NCBI GenBank assembly: GCA_963737265.1
Contig: CAVTRY010000012.1
Location: forward strand, 352,001 to 416,000
DNA length: 64,000 nt
Origin: an uncultured delta proteobacterium
Lineage (GTDB): Bacteria; Myxococcota_A; Polyangia; Fen-1088
Reading direction: 5' to 3'
Shown here: piece after piece, positions 59,946-64,000 of the stretch
Position numbering within the stretch: position 1 is the stretch's first letter
Layout: each line of letters starts with the position of its first letter
Made by a program: the position numbers and the translations under genes
The notes under the pieces: generated by a model
Seen by the model: only the letters and a program-made list of their open reading frames with translations
What the model was told of the DNA's origin: nothing
The model's database searches: none

Positions 59946-61268
59946 TCAGCGCTTGCTCTCGTTGGCCGCGAGGACCCGAAGCACGTTCTCGCCGAGGATC
60001 TTGCGGATGTCTCCGGCGCTGAAGCCGCGCCGCGAGAGCTCCTCGGTGATGAAGGGAAGCTTCGATACGTCGTCGAGCCCCGCCGGAGCGAGCGGGATGC
60101 CGTCGAAGTCGCTCCCGAGGCACACGTGATCGACACCCGCGACCTGCGCGATGTGTTCGATGTGGTCCACCGCGCGCGACGCGGGTACGCGCGGGAGCTG
60201 CGCCGCCAGGGCGCGGTACTTCGGGAGGAAGCCGAGCATCACCGCCTTCGGATCTCCCGGATGCTCCTTGACGAGGCCGCCGATCACTCCGCCGACGGAC
60301 TTCTGCAAGGCTTGCCACTGCTCGTGCCAGGCGGCGTCGAGGAACTCTTGACCGAAGTTGACGCAGACGGCGCCGCCGTTGTCGCGCACGGCGCGCAGCA
60401 TGTCGTCGGTCATGTTCCTCGGGTGGTCGCAGAGCGCGCGCGACGACGAGTGCGACGCGAGGACGGGTTTCGTCGACGCCTTCACCGCGTCGAAGAACGT
60501 CGCGTCGGAGACGTGCGAGATGTCGACCATCATCCCCAGCTCGTTCATCGTCTTGACCACGCGCACCCCGAACGGCGTCAGACCGCGTGTCTTGCCGGCG
60601 TCGCCCGAGCTTCCGCCGAGGCGGTTCGAGTTCGACCACGTGAGCGTCATGTAGCGCGCCCCTCAATCGTAGAACTCGTGGAGACGCGCGATGAGCTTGT
60701 CGTCGGGCGCGTCCCCCAGGCCGTGCGCGCCCTCGACCCCGATGAGAAACGCGATCTTGCCGTCGGCCGCGGCGCTTCGAACCTCCGCCGCCGAACGAGC
60801 CAGGACCGCGACGCCCGCGCTACGAGAGACCAGCCGGTCGATCGCGTCGAACTGCGCGAGCGAGTACGTGTACGCCTTGTCCCCGGGGTAGAGCTCGGGA
60901 GGCACCCACACGGAGAGGAACTCGGCGTCCAGGCCGCCCGCCTGCATGCGGGGGATGTCCGTCTGCGCGTCGGGAAACGGGCGCGTGATGTCGGCGTCCT
61001 CGAGTACCAGCCGCTGCGTGACGTCGTTGTGGGTGTCGATCACGATGGCCGAGCGATGCAGCTCGTCGGCGGCGAGCAGAGCCGCGGATGCCGAATCGGC
61101 CGGCGCGGGGCCGGCGCTCGCCGCAGCGGAGGCAGGTGCCGCCGGCGCGGGAGTCAGGGCCGTCGATGCCGCGGGCGCGCCGGTGAGGGGCGCCGGACCC
61201 TTCGCGGGGCCGCACGCCGTCGCGAGGATGACCGCGGAGATCCAGGCACGCCTCGTCGCCTTCACCAT
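59946..61268 (-). CDS. Membrane dipeptidase (M19) lipoprotein, frameshift near 60663
   Basis: DTHND, IGVEG, DISH, SHSS, HPRN, GSDFDG; lipobox LATAC. Confidence 0.88.
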
Positions 61269-61308
61269 GCCCCGGGGAGTACTTCGCCCCGTGCGCGATT
61301 GCAAAGCG

Positions 61309-62290
61309 TCACCAGCGGGGATGCACCTGCGCGCGCAGGAGCCGGTCGTAGACCTCGTGGGCGTGTGCCATCGCCGCCGGCGCGAGGGGAGGGAGCGACG
61401 ACGCGGTCGCGTTGGCGCGAGCCTGATCGGGCGTCTTGGCGCCCGGGATGGCGCACGTCACCGCCGGGAACATCAGGATCCAGCGGAGCGCGACCTGCGC
61501 CATGGGGGTCGCGCCCGCCAGCCCGCGCAGCTCCTCCACCGCGCGCATTCCCTCCTCGAGGGGCACGCCGGAGAACGTCTCGCCCACGTCGAACGACGCG
61601 CCGTCGCGGTTGAAGTTCCGGTGATCGTCGTCCGCGAACCGGGTCTCCGCCGTGAACTTGCCCGAGAGCAGCCCCGAGGCGAGAGGTACGCGCGCGATGA
61701 TCCCGACCTGCGCCGCCGCCGCCTCGCGGAAGAAGGTCTCCGCCGGTCGCGGCCGGAACATGTTGAAGATGATCTGCACGCTCTGGACGTTCGCGTGGGC
61801 GAGCGACGCTCGCGCCTCCTCGACCGTCTCGACGGACACGCCGTAAAAGCGGATCTTCCCTTCGTCGACGAGGGCGTCGAGCGCGCCGAAGACCTCCGGG
61901 CGCCCATACACCTCCGGCGGAGGGCAGTGGAGCTGGAGGAGATCGATCGCCTCGACCTGGAGGTTTCGCAGGCTACGCTCGACGAAGCCCCTGAGGTTGG
62001 GCAGGTCGTAGCCGTCCGCCGTGTGAGGGCTGAGCCTGCGGCCGGCCTTGGTCGCGATGTGGATCGTCTCCCGGCGCTCCCTTCGCAAGCGGCCCACGAG
62101 GCGCTCGCTCCGACCATCGCCATAGACGTCGGCCGTGTCGACGAAGTTCATGCCGGCGTCGACGGCGGCGTGGAGGGCGCGCATCGACTCGTCGTCGCGG
62201 ACGTCGCCCCAGGTCCCGCCGATGGCCCACGCGCCGAACGAGAATCTCCGAGATCGACAGGCCCGTCCGTCCGAGCACGCGGTAGTTCAT
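61309..62290 (-). CDS. Aldo/keto reductase, frameshift near 62240
   Basis: MNYRVLGRTGLSISE, DTADVYGDGRSE, DLLQLH, PLASGLL, IPGAK. Confidence 0.88.
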
Positions 62291-62384
62291 GCCGCTCTCG
62301 TGGCACGACGGGCCCGCGACGGCTCGTCCTTTTGCGACCCGCCCAGGTCGGCCGACCGCCGCCGCGCCTGTTCGGCGCGCAGGC

Positions 62385-63062
62385 CTAGGGCTGCGCCGCG
62401 CAGATTGCCCCTGGGCCGCCGCAGGTGATGATCGCCGGAGGGCACGTGCCGCTGTCGGTGGTGACGCAGACGAACGATGTGATGGGGACGACGTCCGTGT
62501 TCGAGAGGGGCTGCGCAACGACCCCCCCGGATCGGCAGCAGAGCTGACCCGCGCTGCAGCAGCTGCTGCCGCAGCACGTCTCGGTCGCCTGGCACGCCGA
62601 GGCGGACGCGCGCAGGCACACGTTCTTGCCGCCGTCGTCGCCGGAATCGGGCGCGCCGCCGTTCCCACCCGAGTCGATGCCGCTGTCCTGGGCGCCGCCG
62701 GAGCTCGAGCTCGAGGTCGCGTCGGTGCCGCCGCCGCCAGCCCCCGTGTCTCCTGCGACGGTGCTGTCGCTGCCGCCGCCTCCCGCCGCGTCGCTCGGGC
62801 CGCCGCCGGACCCGCCACCGGAGGCGCCGCTCGACCCGCGACTGGAGCCGCTGCTGCTGCTCGTGCTGCTGCTGGTGCCATCGTCTCCCGTGGCGCCGCT
62901 GCTGCTGCTGCCCGTGCCGCTGCTCCCCCCGCCCACGACGGTCGGAGGCCCGCCGGTGTTATTCGACTCCCCGAGCGTGGACGCGGTTCCGCTGCAGTTT
63001 GCCGTCGCAACGACGGCAAGCCCAAGGAGGCTCATCCGAGCCCAGTTCAACGCAAAGCGCAT
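62385..63062 (-). CDS. Gly/Ser-rich lipoprotein with Cys-rich C-terminus
   Basis: Lipobox-like ATANC, low-complexity linker, CC clusters. Confidence 0.6.
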   Translation of the reverse strand: MRFALNWARMSLLGLAVVATANCSGTASTLGESNNTGGPPTVVGGGSSGTGSSSSGATGDDGTSSSTSSSSGSSRGSSGASGGGSGGGPSDAAGGGGSDSTVAGDTGAGGGGTDATSSSSSGGAQDSGIDSGGNGGAPDSGDDGGKNVCLRASASACQATETCCGSSCCSAGQLCCRSGGVVAQPLSNTDVVPITSFVCVTTDSGTCPPAIITCGGPGAICAAQP

Positions 63063-63166
63063 GACCGCTCCTCCCGCACGCTTCCATCAGCATGGGACGA
63101 ACTGAGCCGGGACGTCGAGCCCTCATCGCCCTGTGCCGCCACGGAGGGGGAGGTCGACCTACACCT

Positions 63167-63203
63167 GTCGCGTCTGCGTCGCGTCTGCGTCGCGTCTGCG
63201 TCG
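63167..63203. repeat. 11-bp tandem repeat (gtcgcgtctgc, about 3 units)
   Basis: Direct inspection; intergenic. Confidence 0.7.
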
Positions 63204-63292
63204 AGCCCTGCACGAAGAGATTCGTCATGCTTTCTGCGATCTTTCGAGCGGCGGCCGCGGAGGCCGCGGGAGCGTGCGATAGCCTGGCTCCC

Positions 63293-64000
63293 GTGAGTCC
63301 AGTCCGGCTGCCGTTCACCGTCACTGCAAGCGACCCGGCGTCCCGGGCGCGCCGGGGAGTCGTCGTGACCGCGCACGGTCGCGTCGAGACGCCCGCGTTC
63401 ATGGCCGTCGGTACCCGGGCCACCGTGACGGGCCTCACGCCTGCGGATCTCGAGGAGGTCGGGACGCAGGTGGTGCTCGCCAACACCTACCACCTGATGC
63501 TGCGGCCGGGTCCCGAGCTGTTCCGACGCGTCGGCGGCATCCACCGGTTCATGCGCTGGAACGGTCCGGTGCTGACCGACTCCGGCGGCTACCAGATCTT
63601 CTCGCTCTCGGCGGACAGGACCATCAGCGAGAAGGGCGCGCAGTTTCGCTCGTACACCGACGGGCGGACGCAGCTCCTGTCGCCGGAGCGATCGATCGAG
63701 GTCCAGACGGCCATCGGCTCGGACATCATGATGGTGCTCGACGTCTGCCTCAACTCGACCACCGACCTCGCCGCGCTGCGAGACGCGATGGAGCGGACCC
63801 ACCGGTGGGCGCTGCGAAGCCTCGCCGCGCGGGCCGACTCGCCGCAGGCGCTCTTCGCGATCGTGCAGGGAGGGGTCAACGCGGAGCTCCGGCGGGAGTC
63901 GGCCGGCTTCCTGGTCGAACACCCCTTCGACGGCTTCGCGCTCGGTGGCCTCTCGGTCGGCGACACGCGAGCCGAGCGCGAGGACATCACGCGCTTCGCC
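63293..64000 (+). CDS. tgt: tRNA-guanine transglycosylase (runs off the window)
   Basis: ETPAFMAVGT, LANTYHL, LTDSGGYQIFSL, IVQGG. Confidence 0.93.
   Translation, partial: MSPVRLPFTVTASDPASRARRGVVVTAHGRVETPAFMAVGTRATVTGLTPADLEEVGTQVVLANTYHLMLRPGPELFRRVGGIHRFMRWNGPVLTDSGGYQIFSLSADRTISEKGAQFRSYTDGRTQLLSPERSIEVQTAIGSDIMMVLDVCLNSTTDLAALRDAMERTHRWALRSLAARADSPQALFAIVQGGVNAELRRESAGFLVEHPFDGFALGGLSVGDTRAEREDITRFA

Noticed and set aside
55965-62290. Programmed frameshifting or true pseudogenisation of wecA, the dipeptidase, the aldo/keto reductase (also istB, GNAT and two GTs)
   Set aside because: Scattered single-base shifts in otherwise intact genes with no slippery motifs are best explained by long-read consensus indels; this needs read polishing to confirm.
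1-64000. tRNA or rRNA genes
   Set aside because: No cloverleaf or conserved rRNA motifs were recognised by eye; a covariance-model scan would be needed to exclude them.

Overview
GC-rich bacterial DNA, probably Myxococcota-like (inferred from the protein types and composition). The core is a Wzx/Wzy-dependent surface-polysaccharide locus: wecA-like initiating transferase, wzc, wzy-like polymerase, wzx, an epimerase, GT4/GT11/CgeB-type transferases, wcaF, several methyltransferases and a sulfatase-fold membrane enzyme. Two accessory zones (about 3.5-23 kb and 44.7-58.1 kb) are packed with type II/VII toxin-antitoxin pairs, four full-length AAA-DUF4143 ATPases, an intact IS21 and relics of IS4 and IS1380. 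These zones are a mosaic of duplicated and internally deleted fragments of neighbouring genes. Highlights: (1) a 579-bp element (53439-54017) with 23-bp terminal inverted repeats and a 9-bp target duplication whose only gene is a GxxExxY PD-(D/E)XK-type nuclease, itself bracketed by a second inverted-repeat pair, with three copies in the window; (2) a co-oriented triple-hairpin REP-like repeat, repeatedly fused to copies of the wecA 3' end, which punctuates the TA cassettes and was hit by both IS21 and the GxxExxY element; (3) a different operator-like palindrome before each DUF4143 ATPase; (4) a 21-bp-period array fused to an antitoxin relic. After an abrupt junction at about 58136 come housekeeping genes (purT, dipeptidase, aldo/keto reductase, tgt). 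Several single-base frameshifts look like long-read consensus errors.
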